DNA of 64,000 nucleotides. It comes from the human T2T-CHM13v2.0 reference genome, Homo sapiens. Under the pieces are notes generated by a model. The model did not search any database, had not been told where the DNA came from, and saw nothing but the letters and a program-made list of their open reading frames with translations. The stretch's first letter is position 1. Each line of letters opens with the position of its first letter. Shown here in pieces: positions 35,458 through 55,660 of the stretch. The translations under genes were made by a program, and so were the position numbers. The stretch lies in assembly GCF_009914755.1 (NCBI RefSeq), contig NC_060938.1; one strand, 5' to 3'.

Positions 35458-36856
35458 AAAAAGAAGTATTCTAATAGCCTTTTAAGACAATCATGGATAT
35501 TTTTCTTTGATCTTTCACTGAAACCCAAGAAATGGGAGCTTCTTAAAAGCTACTTGCAATATGGAATCTAAAACCATATCTGTGAACTTGTGGGACTATA
35601 TTACATCAAAATTCACTCATCTGTCTTATATCCTGAATGGATCTTTTACCCATGCATAATTTTTTAACATTTTGTGTTGGTCATTTGGAAAATACTGCTT
35701 CACTGAGTAATGTAGATTTTCTAAATGTTGATACATTTTATTATGTAGTGAATTTTAAAATATGTTCATTGGCATCACCACCAATCGGAAAGAAATTTTA
35801 ATTATTGGGAAGTTGTCAAGCTTATGGTGGTAGATAGGAGTTTCCCAAATTTTAATTTTTGCTTGAAAATTTGGATTTTTATTATTGTCAACAAGTATTG
35901 CCAGTTGTTTTCCTTGAAATAACAGGCTCACTTTCTTTATTTTTGGGAAATATCTGTTAAATGACCACATCTAAATAATCTCATAATTTTTCCATCAGTG
36001 TTAAGTAAAAATGGTGTTCCAAGAAAAAAACGCAGCTAGTTCAGCTCGGAGTTCAAGCAGTTGCACAAATACTTGCCCTCATGACAGCCGTTGTACTTCA
36101 GAAGGCAGCAGAAGTGCTTCATACGTATTTTCTCATTTTGCCATACAGAGTATTAAAAAGGCCTTTACTGTGAGTTGAGATTTATTAAGGTTAATACTTT
36201 TTATTGCTTCATTAGGGACATTTTTTTGTGAAACTTGGACTTTTTGTTTGCTTTATTGTGCAAGTGTGGCAGCGAAGGGTAGAACAGTTTGGTGCTGCTG
36301 CCTTGATTAATGCCCAGGCACCACAGTCTTACCTACCATTGCTTTAGTACCACCAGTGCAGTTGTCAACACAGTGTAAAAAGCAAATAACAGCTCAGTGT
36401 TACTTTGAAAATAGTTTTGATCTGGAAAACTGCCTGAAAGAGCCTTAGGTTCTGTGGACCACATTTTGGGAACTACTGTTCCAAAGAACATTGCATCACT
36501 GAGCATTAATACATACACCTTCCTTTGGCAAAGAATGTTCTAACCTCTTTGAATTTTTAAGAACCATATACAGTATACATTTTTTTCATCCTGGTCAGCT
36601 TTTTTCTCACAGTGCATGCCTAGATGTCTTTCCATACACTGTACAATAAAAAAAAAACTGCTATGTTCATGTGTGGTGAAGGGGGAAGAATTTTTTTTTA
36701 ATTTCCAAAAGTGTGCTAAGGCATTTTATCATTATACTAATCACAGATTTTTTCCAGAGATTTTCATAAAGTGATAACCTTTATTTTATACATTTCCTAT
36801 AGTTTCTTCCTCAGTCTAAATTGTTAAATATTTTTTAATGTAAAGAAAGTTACTAA

Positions 36857-36955
<99 letters not shown>

Positions 36956-38001
36956 TAAGGAGGCAAGACTAAGGATTTGTTTTATATATATATGTTTATA
37001 TTCACTCCTAACTTGTTGGGAATCCTCTATGAATCCCAAATATTCACTTTTAAAAACTAAATATTATTTGTTTTACTTTAGCAAAATATATATAAATTAC
37101 AGTATCTACAGTTTATATGCCCATCTTTTTATAAAATGCATCTTAAGAATGCTTATAAGAATGAAAAATTCCATTCAAAGATTGTTCTTACATAGGTTAA
37201 AATGTAGAAAAACAGTTAAAATAAAACTGGTCAGATGTTTGAAGGGTCTGCAGTCAGACTGACACATGTTTTATTAGTATGTTTCCTTCCACCCTTCCCT
37301 CAATGTTTTGGTCAATATTAATTTAATTTGATTCAGTTTATTGTTTACAGAGATGTCATCAAGTGGGAGCATATAGCCAGTCAGGATAGAGCTTCAGTGG
37401 GTGACACCTTGCTGGTGTTACCATTATCTAAAGTCTGGTTCTTAGTTTTGTCATTTGGGAAACATCATTTTATTGGCCCACCCAATAGTAATCTGTCACA
37501 GAGAATCAGAGATTAGCATATCATCCAGAACCTCAGTGTATTAATTTACTAAAATAAATATTACTCCCAAATACACTGGAATATTTGTATCCATTTGACT
37601 TACAAATTCCTTCAAATCTGATTAATTCTCAGTGATAAAATTGGACTAAGGAGAACTAGTTATTTGATACTAATGACCATCGTCATCATGTTCTGGTAGA
37701 GAAAATAAGCATTTCAGCTCTGGTATGTGCTTGTAAAGGGCTAGATTTCTCATGCTGATGATGCCATCCTGCATAACCAAAGGCCATGCCCTGAATCAGT
37801 ATATACATTTTTGTGTGTTGTGCTGACATAGAATTGATACAGCCATTTTGTTGACATTAGAATTTGGAGTTTCCCTTTCATTATTTTATTCAATTAGACT
37901 GGGTTTAAAATAATTATTAAGCTCTGAATATTTTACCATTCTCCAATACTATGCTTGGGGCATGCATTTACAGATTATCGCTTTGCATGAGTTACTTCTA
38001 G

Positions 38002-38346
<345 letters not shown>

Positions 38347-38856
38347 TATCTTAATGTCTTTTTTTAAGGTTCTCTGTTGCTATATACAGTTTATCTCTGC
38401 TTAACATTAGCCATCTCAATATGGCTAATATTGACTAACCAGCTTCTTTTTGATTGTCTTATTTGTTCAAATCTTGTATTATTTTATCTACTTCCTTTAC
38501 TAAATAGTCTTTTGTTCTTCTTCTGAATTCTTTTATTTTCCTCATTTCTCTTCCATGGTTTTAATTATAAAGCATATTTTATTGAATAATTACGAACTGT
38601 TGAAGAGGTCAAAAAGTCCTTAGATTGCTTCAAATCAAATTCTCACATTTTGTGAATGAGAACCATAGATTCCGGGAGGTTATGTGACTTCTAAATCTAA
38701 ATTCAGAAACCTTTTCCATTTTCCTGTTTTACTTTTGTATAGAAACTGTAAGGGTATGAATGTTATTTTCCTTGTCAAATAAATATAACCCCATACTAGA
38801 AGTTTTTAATATTTTTAACAATCTTGTTTGTCAAGAGGACTTAAGGTTAAATTTAA

Positions 38857-39126
<270 letters not shown>

Positions 39127-40723
39127 TAGCATACTCCTGTGGCACCTTAGTTTTACATGTTTCTATCTCAAACCAGAAGTTGTCATAGAATTAGATATTT
39201 GGGATTGTGGAATGAGAAAAGTTGTTAAAGAGTAAGTATTAGATTTTTTCACCCCACATTCCATATTCCAAGAAGAATCATGTTTGCAATATGGCTTTAT
39301 ATGTAAAGGTAGTAGCATTAGTGTGTAATTGATTTGTTTTCCTAGATATGTTGAATTTCTGTTGTTCTGTGCTTGGTCTCTTGCTGGTCCCTTTTGTGAC
39401 CAGTTGCATAAATTTGTTAGGTGGCTAGCAGCATGGAATGCTGAATTTTTGTGTGAGGCAGAATAGTTAACTGAGTTATGTTCATATAAACACCATGCCT
39501 TTGTCTTCCAACAATTTTTTTTAATTGAGGTGAAATTCACATAAAATAAAATTGATATTTAGAGCAAAGAAATCACAGGAGCGTTTAGTACATTCACAGT
39601 GTTGGGCAGCCACCACCTCTGTCTCATTCCAAAGCATTTTCATCACTCCAAAATAAAACGGTGTACCCATTAAGTAGTTACTGGCCATTCTCCTTTCCAT
39701 CAGCCCTCTACAATTTTATATACTGATAAAGTTATTTCTTTACAGAAAATCACGCATTCAGAAACATCAACTTTATGTTATCAATTCCTGTAAAACTGAA
39801 TAACATGTAAGCACAAGTAGAAACTGGTTTCACAGGATGCTTGAAGTCCTGTTACTGAATATCTTTCCAGTCTAGGAAACATTTTGACTTGAGTTTTCAG
39901 AGAGTTTTTCATCTATTCTAAGTGCTTTGGAGTAGTTTTAGTCTGGAATAGAAATAAGAAAGCATTTGACTAGAAAGAGAAGGAAGTCAGATCTATAACC
40001 CCATAGCTTTATTTTCATCCTGGTGTTGCATAAGAAGGCTTGCACCTTAGCTATGTAGTGTCTATGTTAGTGGAGCAAGTACTAGTCTAGAAGTTACACT
40101 GTTTGCTAGAAATAAATCTTTAGCTATGCAGCACTCAAATTAATGCGGAGTAAATGTTGATGTTTACTTGTGATCTGTTTATAATCCATTCATATTCTCT
40201 TTTCCTTCAAAATATCTTATTCTTGCCTTATGAATATTTGTTTCTGCCTCTCCATCAGGAGCCTAGGACCTTAACTCCATCTCTTCCAGAGTCTTAACCC
40301 CAGGCTGTTCAATCCTAATCCAACTAGGCTCATCCAAAAGTTAGCATACCCTTACCACCATTCCTGCTACTGCTGTGACTTTTAGCTTCCTTTTTAAGTT
40401 TTGGCACCTGAAGACTTCATCCTTGTTTTTTAATTTTAATTTTTTAAAATAAATGTGCATGGGAGGCTGTTTTATCTAACATTTCTACATATGTGAAATG
40501 AAAGGGGGGGTGGTTCTTCTTACCATCTGCTCACTCCATCATATTGATCAGTAGTTCTCCAAATCAGAAAAGTTATCCAGATTTTTATTCTCTGGTATTG
40601 AGTAGATTCAGATAAACTTTTGGATAAATCTTTTGCTATCTAAATGCTAATTATTTGCCAATCAAAACTCAAATTTGAAAATACAGCAACCCTTACTCTT
40701 TGAACTCCTATAGATTTGGGTAA

Positions 40724-41068
<345 letters not shown>

Positions 41069-41467
41069 ATTTTTTTAAAGACACATTTGATCATGGCATT
41101 CGCACGCTTACAATTTTTCAGTGACTTCTCATTGCATTTAACATAGAATTCAAATGCCTGAACACATCCTATGGTACTCTGTGATCTGGCCTCTGCCAGT
41201 TTCTCCATCCTCACTTTACAGCACTATCTGCACTCACTGTAGCCACACTGGCCTTCTTGCAGTTTCTTAGATGTGCTAAATTCTTTACTAAGGACTCCTT
41301 ATTGCCCTTCATTTTGCCAGAAAGTGCCAGCCATCTCTCTTTCTCCCCTAATCCTCCATCTGGCTGATTCCTTTGCCTGAATGTCCCTTTCTCAGAGAAG
41401 CCTTCTCTAGCCACCTATCCCACGTGATTATCTCACTTTACCATGTTTTTATCGTTAGATTCTTACA

Positions 41468-44400
41468 CAGTCATGGACTGCAGCAATGGACTGCACATAT
41501 CACAATGGTCCCTTAAGATTATAATGGAACTGAAAAATTCCTGTTAGTGACATCGTAGCCATTCTGTCCTATCACAAAGCATTACTTGTGTTTATGGTGA
41601 TGCTGGTATAAACAAAACTATGCTACTGGTCATGTAAAAATCTAGCACATACAATTATGTACAGTACATAGTACTAGATAATGATAATAAACAACTATGT
41701 GTTTATTATATTATGCTATACTTTTTATGGTTAGAATGTACTCCTTGTACTTAGAAAAAAAAGTTTACTTTAGAACAGTATGTCTTGTTATGCTAGTGGC
41801 AGACTCATACATCTCACATTTACTGTATCTCTTGATTGCATCATTTTCTCTGTGTTTGATTTGATCTTGTGTCATTCGATTTTATGGCCCCTACATGTGC
41901 AAAATTCACAGCTATTGTTGCCAGGAAGAGGCCACATCGAGTAGATTGACCAGGAAGCTAAATTAAAAGTGATTAAGGACTATGAAGGTGGCAAATCAGC
42001 AATGGTTGTTGTCAGGTAATTATGTCCCATTCCACCATAGCTGTGATCTTGAAGAACAAGAACAAAGTGACAGAAGCCATTAAAGGATCTGCTTCATTGA
42101 AGACAAAAAGATGAACAAAAATTTGAAAAGGGCCTAAATCATACATGGAGAAACTACTGAAGACCAGACACAGAAGCATATTATACCTCTCAGCATCATG
42201 ACAATCACAGACAAAACAAAAAGTTTGTTTGCGATATTGAAAGATAAGATTGAACACAACTACAGTGTTGAATTTTCTGCTAGCTCTGTGTGATTTTATT
42301 CAAGAATTGTTATTTATTGCATAATGTGAAAGCTGGTGAGTGGTGAGTCTGTAAATGCTGATGTGAAAGCAGCTGAAGAATTTTTGGAACTCTAGATAAG
42401 CTGATTGTGAGGAAAATTACTTCACAGGGCAAATCTTCAGTATAGATGAAAGCTTGCTATTCTGAAAACAGATACTGGAAAGGACTTTCATCCATAAAGA
42501 GGCCAAGTCAATGCCAGGTTTCAAGTTATTAAGGACAGGATAACAGTCTTGCATGGGAGAAACGTTGCAGGTTACAAATGGAAGCCCTTTGTGATCTGGC
42601 CCAGTGAGAACCCCAGGGCCTTCAAGCTTATCACTAAGCACACACTGCCAGTGTATTGCAGGAGCAATCAGAAGTCTTGAATGACCCAGCTTTTCTTCCC
42701 AGATGCCCTCCTGAATTGCTCTGCCAGCACAATGGAGAAGTACTGTTTGGAGAATAACATACCATTCAAGATTGTGCTTATTGTTGATAATGCTCCACAC
42801 ATCCTCCTTTTATTGGTGATCTTTATCCCGGTATCAAAGTGGTATTTCTGCCTCCAAACACCCACCTCTCTGATCCAACCAATGGATCAAGAAGTTGTCG
42901 CAGCTTTTCAGACCTACCACCTGAGAAGGACATTTACCCAGGCTATTTCTGCAACTGAAAAGACACTGATGCAATTCTGGAAGGATTACATCTATGACTG
43001 CATCAAGAACCTTGCTTAGGGTGATGTCACCAATATGGGTATGAATGGCATCTGGAAGAAGACACTCAAGAGGTTCATCTGTGACTTCAAAGGATTTGCC
43101 AAGGATGAAGAGATTGCAAAAATCAACATGGCTGTGGTTGGGATGGCAAGCAACTTTAACCATGGTGTGGACAAGGATGACATTGATGAGCACCTAGAGG
43201 TGGTTCCTGAGGAACTGACTAATGAGGGGTTGTTGGAACTGGAACAGGAACACATAGCTGAAGAACAGGCCAGAGAAAGGGAAACAGCTAGAGAAGAAAA
43301 AGAAGAAACCCCAAGAAAATTCACAGTGAAGGGTTTTAGCAGAAGCTTTAGCAGAAGCTTTTTAAGGAGCTCAACAAGCTCCTTAAAAAGTTTGAAAACA
43401 TGGACCATAACACCAAAAGGTTTTCATTAATAGAGAGGAATGTTCTTGCTGCATTATCTGCATACAACAAGCAAATCTATGATGAATGAAAGAAACAAAC
43501 CAAGCAAACTATTGTGGACATAATTTTTCAAAGAGTGATACCTCCTCAAGAAGAGCCTCAGGCAGGTCCTTCAGGGGGTATCCAGAGGAAGTCATTGTTG
43601 TCATAGGAGATGGCAGCTCCATGTGTGTCATTGCTTCTGAAGGCCTTCCAGTGGGATAAGATGTGTAGGTGGAAGCCAGTGATATTGATGACCCTGAGCC
43701 TGTGTAGACCTTGGCTAGTGTGTGTGTTTGTGTCTTAGTTTTTAACAAAAAAGCTTAAAAAGTAAAAAAATTTTAAATTTTAAAAATATTTAAAAATTTT
43801 TCTAAACAAATTTTTAAAAGTTTTAAAACATTTTAAAATGTTTAAAAAATTTTTTAACAAAAAAGTTTAAAAATTAAAAAAATTTTAAAAAAGCTTACAG
43901 AATAAGGATATAAGGAAAAAATATTTTTATGCAGCTATACAATATGTGTTTTAATTTAAGCGTTATTACAAAGGAGTCAAAAAGTTTAAAAAAATTGAAA
44001 GTTTATAAAGTAAAAAAGTTACAGTAAGCTTAGGTAAATTTATTATTGGAGAAAATAATTAATTTCATGTAGCCTAAGGTATAGTGTTTATAAAGTCTAC
44101 AGTAGTGTACAGTAACACCCTAGGCCTTCACACTCACTCACTACTGACTCAGTGACTCACCCAGAGCAACTTCCAGTCCTGCAAACTCCATTTGTGGCAA
44201 GTGCCCTATATAGATATACCATTTTTTATCTTTTTGCCATATTTTTACTGTACCGTTTCTGTGTTTAGATGTGTTCAGATACACAGATACCTACCATTGT
44301 ATTACCGTTAGTGACATTATTCAGTACTATAACATGCTGTACAGGTGTGTTTAACCTAGGAGCAATAGGCTATATTATATAGCCAAAATGTGTAGCAGGC

Positions 44401-44507
44401 TGTACCATCTAGGTTTGTGTAAGTACATTCTATGATGTTTGCACAACGAAATTTCTTAACAGCGCATGTCACAGAATGTATCCCCATAGTTATGCAACAT
44501 GTGACTG
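41468..44507 (+). mobile_element. Near full-length Tigger3 (Golem) pogo-like DNA transposon, decayed
   Basis: Termini CAGTCATG...CATGTGACTG; about 3.0 kb; DDE transposase remnants (FKIVLIVDNAP, TSLIQPMDQEVV, LMQFWKDY). Confidence 0.85.
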
Positions 44508-44516
44508 TTTATTGTT

Positions 44517-44725
44517 TAAAGTTTATTTTTTCTCTAGCCAAAGGGTTGGCCTACTTATTCTGTTAGGAACCAGACAGTAAATATTTTAGGGTTTGAGAGC
44601 CATACACATTCTCTGTTGCATATTCTTCTTTGTTGTTTTCTCTTTCTTTTAAATGACCCCTTAAAAATATCAAAACCATTCTAAGCTTGGATTTGGCCCT
44701 GGGCTGAAGTTGATCAATCTTTGTT
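44517..44725 (+). mobile_element. MER58-like hAT element
   Basis: ccagacagtaaatattttagggtttgagagccata...tggatttggccctgggctgaagttg. Confidence 0.55.
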
Positions 44726-45994
44726 TTAGAATATAGGCAGATTGTAAAGGGCAGGAATCACATGTACTTCATTTATCATTATGTACCCAGTACCTATCAC
44801 ACACAGCAATTAGTATATAATAAGTATTTTGTTAGTTTCGTAGACTGATTAAATAATGTAAGTGTGTAGCCTTTTCTTCTTTCTGTTCATTCCAGAGCTC
44901 TCATGAGGGATGAGTATACTCTTGCTCACATGTTGATGTGATCTTTGGTTACTTCCTTTTCTTTATAGTGTGATCCCCTGTCTCACCTACCCGTCTGCCA
45001 AATATTAATCAAAAGTGTCATTATTTTGCCAGGCAGATATTTGGATCTGCTGAGCATTTTATCTACTTTCCAAGACAGACTCCATTCAGCCAATTTATTA
45101 TTTTTAAATTTTATTTGTCTATCCTGGATGCTTACTTTTAAGTAATATTGAAACAAGTTTCTTGATCAGTTTTTATAGCTCTTAGTTAAACCCATTCATA
45201 TTTCTCATTTCCATTTTTATTTTACAGATACTCTAGATTCTTTCCATGTAAACTTTATGTGAAAAATTTGGGTTATCAGTCATTTTTTGTCTATATCAGA
45301 ATTTTCTGATTACACTTTCTTTCATGTTAATTTTTTACTGATAAGTGTAAACTGTACCAGGTACAGTTTTAGAAGTCAAACTTTACACATCAACAGTATG
45401 TTCGGCTGACTGGATTCCTTTCCATTTTTACTCAGGTTAAACATGCCTTATTTTCATGATTGTTTGTTTTATTTAGTTTTATCAGTAATATTCACTATGA
45501 AGTGACTGGAAGATTTAGGTAATCCAGGGAACAGTTGGTAATAGTTCCTCATAGAATCCCTATTAATTAATATTAATAATTGAAAACAGAATATCTCCTA
45601 GTAATACATTTTGCTCAGAAAAAAAATCTTTTTTCAATTATTAATATTGCTATAATTATTGACTTCATTTTCTGAGCAAAATATATTAGTAGGGCATATT
45701 GGGTGGAAATAGTCATGGGATTAGAATGGTAGAGTAAAAACATTCTGCTTTAATTCAGGTATCCCATTCTCCTTATTCTGCTGCTATAAACAAGGACCTC
45801 AGTTGGGTAAATGTCCAAACTTTTACATTTCCTCTTGCCATGTATGATTTCTGTCCACCACTAACAGTGATCTGCACAAAATACAGCTCTTGTGTTATTT
45901 CGTCATTTAAAAATCTTTGATAAACTTCCTGGAAAGAAAGAAAAATGAAGTAGTAACACATAAAACTAAGAAATAGTCTCAACTTCATGTTACA

Positions 45995-49287
<3,293 letters not shown>

Positions 49288-49417
49288 CAATTAAAAAAAA
49301 GGCTTTGGAAGTTTCTTCTAGAAATTTCTAATTAGTTGTAGCACATGGAGAAAAAAGCTAAATTTCTCCAAGCTTTTAAAAAACTAATGTAATACTGATA
49401 TCAAAATGTGACTAAGT

Positions 49418-50200
<783 letters not shown>

Positions 50201-50307
50201 GTTCACATAAAAAATAAGTATAGTTTAATTTTGCTTGTGCCTATAGATGCAAAAATCCTGCAATTGCAAAGTAAGCAGAAACTAGCAGTCCTTTTTTATA
50301 AGTGCCT

Positions 50308-50667
50308 ATATTAGTCTGTTCTCACACTGCTGATAAACACGTACTCGAGACTAGGTAATTTATAAAGAAAAAGAGATTTAATGGACTTAACAGTTCCATG
50401 TGGCTGGGGAGGCCTCCCAGTCATGGCAGAAGGTGAAAGGCATATCTTACATGGCAGCAGGCAAGACAGAATAAGAGCCAAGCAAAAGGGGAAACACCTT
50501 ATAAAACCATCAGATCTCTTGAGACTTACTTACTACCACAAGAACAGTATGTGGGAACTGCCCCCATGATTCAGCTATCTCCCACTAGGTCCCTCTCACA
50601 ATTATGGAATTATGGGAGCTACAATTCAAGATCAGATTTGGGTGGGGACACAGCCAAACCATATCAG
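50308..50667 (-). mobile_element. THE1 solo LTR (ERVL-MaLR)
   Basis: tattagtctgttctcacactgctgataaa...gggtggggacacagccaaaccatatca. Confidence 0.85.
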
Positions 50668-50884
50668 TATCTCTAAAAAAATTGAACCATTTTTCATTTT
50701 TAAAGTCAATTTAAATATTAGCAAATTAATAGAATTCTATTTTAAAAGGTCACTGTAGTAAAACATGATCCTCTCAAAAGATGTCAGAAGATGTTTGATT
50801 AATTTCATTTCTATTATTGGTTTAAAAGACACTTTATAATATTGCATATGTTTTTATTATGTTGAAAAACATGTGTATGTATTA

Positions 50885-53653
50885 CTGGCATACCTTGGAG
50901 ATATTGCATGTTGGGTTCAGACCACTGCAGTAAAGTAAGTATCGCAGTAAAGCAAGTCACACAAATTGCTTGGTTTTCCACTGCATATAAAAGTTATGTT
51001 TACATTATATGGTAGTGTATTAAATGTGCAATAGCATTATGGCTAAAGAAAGAATGTACTACATATCTTAATTTTAAAAATTTACTGCTAATAAATGCTA
51101 AGGATGATCTGAGCCTTCAGTGAGTTGTAATCTTTTTGCTGATGGAGGGTCTTGCCCCGATGTTGATGGCTGCTAACTGGTCAGGTTGGTGATTGCCGAA
51201 GGTTGGGGCAGCTTTGGCAAGATCTTAAAATCAGACAACAATGAAGTTTGCTACATTTATTGACTCTTTGTTTGATGAAGGATTCCTCTGTAGCATGCGA
51301 TGCTGTTTAATAGCATTTGCCCATAGTATGATTTCTTTCAAAATTGGAGTCAGTGCTCTCAAACTTTTTGCTATTGCTTTATTCATCAAGTTTATGTAGT
51401 ATTATAAATCCTTTGTTGTCATTTTAACCAAGGCTCACAACATCTTCACTTAGGAGTCAATTTCTTCTCAAGAAACTGCTTTCTTCTCAACCATAAGAAA
51501 CAACGCGTCAGCTCTTTACGTTTTATCAGGATATTATAGCAATTCTGCCACATCCTTCAGATTTCACTTCTAATTCTGCTTCTCTTGCTATTCCTGCCAT
51601 ATCTGCAATTACTTCCACCACTGAAGTCTTGAAACCCCACAAAGTCATCCATGAATCAACTTATTTCAAATTCCTATTAGTGTTGACATTTTGACCTCCT
51701 CCCATGAATCATGAATGTCCTTACTGGCATCTAAAAGGGTGAATCCCTTCCAGGAAGTTGTCAGTTTACTTTGCCCAGACTCATCAGAGGAATCCCTCTG
51801 TGGCAGCTATAGCCTTACAAAATTTATTTCTTAAGTAATAAGACTTGACAGTTGCAGTTATTTCTTGATGTACAGACTGCAGAACGGATGTTGTCTTAGC
51901 AGGCAACACTAATGTCTTGTACATTTCCATCAGAGTTCTTGGGTGATCAGGTGCATTGTCAATGAGTAGTAATATTTGGAAAGGAATCCTTTTTTTGGAG
52001 CAGAAGGTCTGAACAGTAGGCTTAAAATATCCAGTAAACCATGCTATAAACAGATGTGCTGTCATCCAGTCTTTGTTATTCCATTTATAGTGCACAGTTA
52101 GAGGAAATTTAGCATAATTCTTAAAGGTTCTAGCATTTTTGAAATGGTAAATGAGCATTTCAACTTAAACTTAGCAGCTCCGTTAGACCCTATCAAAGAG
52201 AGTCAGCCTGTCCTTTGAAGATTTGAAGCCAGGCATTGACTCCTCTCTAGCTGTGAAAGTCCTAGATGGCATCTTCTTTCCGTGTAAGGATGTTTAGTCT
52301 ATTTTGAAAATCTGTTGTTGTAGTGTAGCCACCTTCATCAGTGATCTTAGCTAGATCTTCTGGATAATTTGCTGCAGCTTTAACGTCAGCACTTGCAGCT
52401 TCACCTTGCAGTTTTATGTTATGAAGACAGCTTCTTTCCTTAAACCTCATGACCCAATCTCTACTAGCTTCCAACTTTTCTTCTGCAGCTTGCTTGCTTC
52501 TCAGCCTTCAAAGAATTGTAGAGAGTTAGAGCTTTGCTCTGGATCAGGCTTTGGCTTAAGGGAATGTTATAGTTGGTTTGATCTTCTCTCCAGACCACTC
52601 AAACATTCTCCATATCAGCAATAAGGCTTTTTTGCTTTCTTATCTTTTGTTTGTTCACTGGAGTAGCACTTTTAATTTTCTTCAAGAATGTTTCCTTTGC
52701 ATTCACAACTTGGCTATTTGGTGCATGAGGCCTAACTTTTGGCCCATCCTGGTGATACGGTTTGGATTTGTGTCCCTGCCCAAATCTCATGTTGAATTGT
52801 AATACCCAGTGTTGGAGGAGGGGTTTGGTGGGATGTGATTAGATCATGGGGGTAGATTTTCCCCTTGCTGTTCTCATGATAGTGAGTCCTCATGTGATCT
52901 GGTTGTTCAAAAGTGTATAGCGCCTCCCCCTTAACCCTATTCCTTCTGCTCCAGCATGTAAAATGTGCTTGCTTCTCCTTCACCTTACACCGTGATTATG
53001 TTTCCTGAGGCCTACCCAGCCACACTTCCTGTACAGTCTGCAGAACTGTGAGCCAGTTAAACCTCTTTTCATTACAAATTACCCTGTCTCAGGTAGTTCT
53101 TTACAGCAACACAAGAATGGACTAATGCATTTGGCTTTTGACATGCCTTCCTCACTAAGCTTCCTTATTTCTAGCATTTGATTTGAAGTGAGACATGCAA
53201 CTGTTTCTTTACTTAAACACTTAGAGGCCATTGTAGTGTTATAAATTGCCCAAATTTCAATATTGCTATGTCTTAGGGAATGGGAAGGCCTGAAAAGAGG
53301 GAGAGGTAGGGGAATGGCTGGTCAGTGGAGCAGTCAGAGTTCATACACCATTTGTCAATTTAAGTTTGCCATCTTATATGGGCATAAATTGTGGTACTCC
53401 AAAGTACTTAGAACACTAACATTAAAGATCACTGATCACAAATCACCATTATAGATACAACAGTAATGAAATGTTTGAAATATTGAGAGAATTACCAAAA
53501 TGTGATCCAGAGACAGGAAGTGAGCACATGCTGTTGGAAAAATGGTACCAATAGATTTGCTTGACACAAGGTTGTCAAAAACCTTCAATTTGTAGATATC
53601 ACAGTGCCTTCAAAGAGCAGTAAAGCAAAGTACAATAAAACAAGGTATGCCTG
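50885..53653 (-). mobile_element. Full-length Tigger1 DNA transposon (decayed) with nested LTR
   Basis: TIRs c(t/a)ggcatacct / aggtatgcctg with TA flanks; transposase remnants (WMTAHLFIAWFTGYFKP, ILLLIDNAPDHP); about 2.39 kb without the nested LTR. Confidence 0.88.
52753..53129 (+). mobile_element. MSTA-like solo LTR nested in Tigger1
   Basis: tgatacggtttggatttgtgtccctgcccaaatctcatg...gaatggactaatgca. Confidence 0.82.
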
Positions 53654-54394
53654 TATATTTTTAGGCAGTATCATATAAAATGGTCACCCACAGCATGTAT
53701 TCCTATCAGTGTCAGGTTCAAGTCAAGGGTTTTTCTTGTCAACACTATGTAACATTATTATGGAAGTGTTGGTGACAGTTATTAAACAAGAAAATGAATT
53801 AATGGAATTATTGAGGGCTATAGAGTGCTAAAGAGCACTCTGTAGCTGTGCTAAACAGCACAGCTCCTTAGCTTGGCTATAAAAACCTTTTTAGCCTTAT
53901 CTTTCATCGTACCACCACCACCATCAGCTGGGACTAGGTGTCATGGTATCAGTTTCTCTCAAAGCAGTGGTTTTCAGACATGGATGGTGTATGTATTAAT
54001 ATTACTTTTAAAGAAAAAAAATTATTGTGCAGCCTGATTTCTGTACAGTTAAGTATGATTACTTTATAGTCTTTACATAATATAAGGAATTTACAAATTG
54101 AGTTGAAACAAGACCACAGAACAAAATAAAAATTAACATTAGTGTAACAGATGGTATTTTGCTGGCACTAGATTGCTATGGGTCTCATTCTATATTTAAT
54201 CTGTTTTTGTATTTTTACTTCAATAACATTCCACTGGTTTTTGTATTTCTAAAATTAACTCAGACCTTCAGGAGATGTGCCTTTACTCTTTGGTCCTTCA
54301 TTTGATACAAACACAATTGTAAACCCATTTGAAACATTTAGAAATCAGTAAGTCAAAATTAAAGTTACTTTACCACACGAATTATCAGACCCGT

Positions 54395-54687
54395 AGTGTG
54401 AGTGCGGTGGCTCATGCCTGTAATCTCAGCACTTTGGAAGCCTGAGGCAGGCAGATCGCAAGGTCTGGAGTTCAAGACCAACATGGTGAAACCCCGTCTC
54501 TACTAAAAATACAAAAATTAGCTGGGCCTGGTGGCGCATGCCTGTAATACCAGCTCCTCTGGAGGCTAAGGCAGGAAATTACTTGAACCGGGACCCAGGA
54601 GGCAGAGGTTGCAGTGGGCTGAGATCACGCCACTGCACTCCAGCCTGGGCTACAGAGGGAGACTCTGTCTCAAAACAAACAAAAAAA
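54395..54687 (+). mobile_element. AluS
   Basis: Dimeric Alu with a small deletion in the left arm. Confidence 0.85.
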
Positions 54688-54917
54688 GCGTAGTGTGCTA
54701 ATGCTAATGCACATTGTGTTTTTGCAGGATATGAATATAGAATATGCGTGATTTCTGGAGTTTGCTACAATTTGTTAATGAATATTCTAAGGCAAATCCA
54801 TCACATACTTTCAATTGCAATAAAATATGTATTTTTTTCTAAATCTTATGTGTCCTTGCATTCATTTTTCCCACTTTCTGGTTTTCCCCCTTTGTAAAGC
54901 TCTCTCTCTCTCTCTAA

Positions 54918-55199
<282 letters not shown>

Positions 55200-55660
55200 T
55201 AGATAATCAGAGTTTCTTCTTGGGAATGACATATATAAGTATATATATATGTATATACTTTTTTTTAACGTATGCTTTGCTTCCAAGTACTTATTTAAAT
55301 TCTCTAGGATCCAGAATACTCCATAAAAATAAGCCTACTAACGTCTTGCCTTCTCTTTGTTTACTGGAATTCATTCTATTCATTCATTAATAATAATAGC
55401 TAGACATTTGTAGCTTGTGTTTTAGCTTGTGCTAAGGAATATGTACACACAAATACGCATACACACGTGTATCTTACTTAATACTGTAAAGAAGTATTTC
55501 CCTATTTTACAAATAAACAACTTAAGGATCAGAAGTTAACTTGTCCAAGATCCTCTAACAAGTAGAGTTTGGGGCTTAAAAGCCAGGCTTGTCTGACTCT
55601 TGAGCCCTTGCCCTTGACCACTGCTTTGCACTGCTTTCATTCAACAAACTGAATAAAAGT

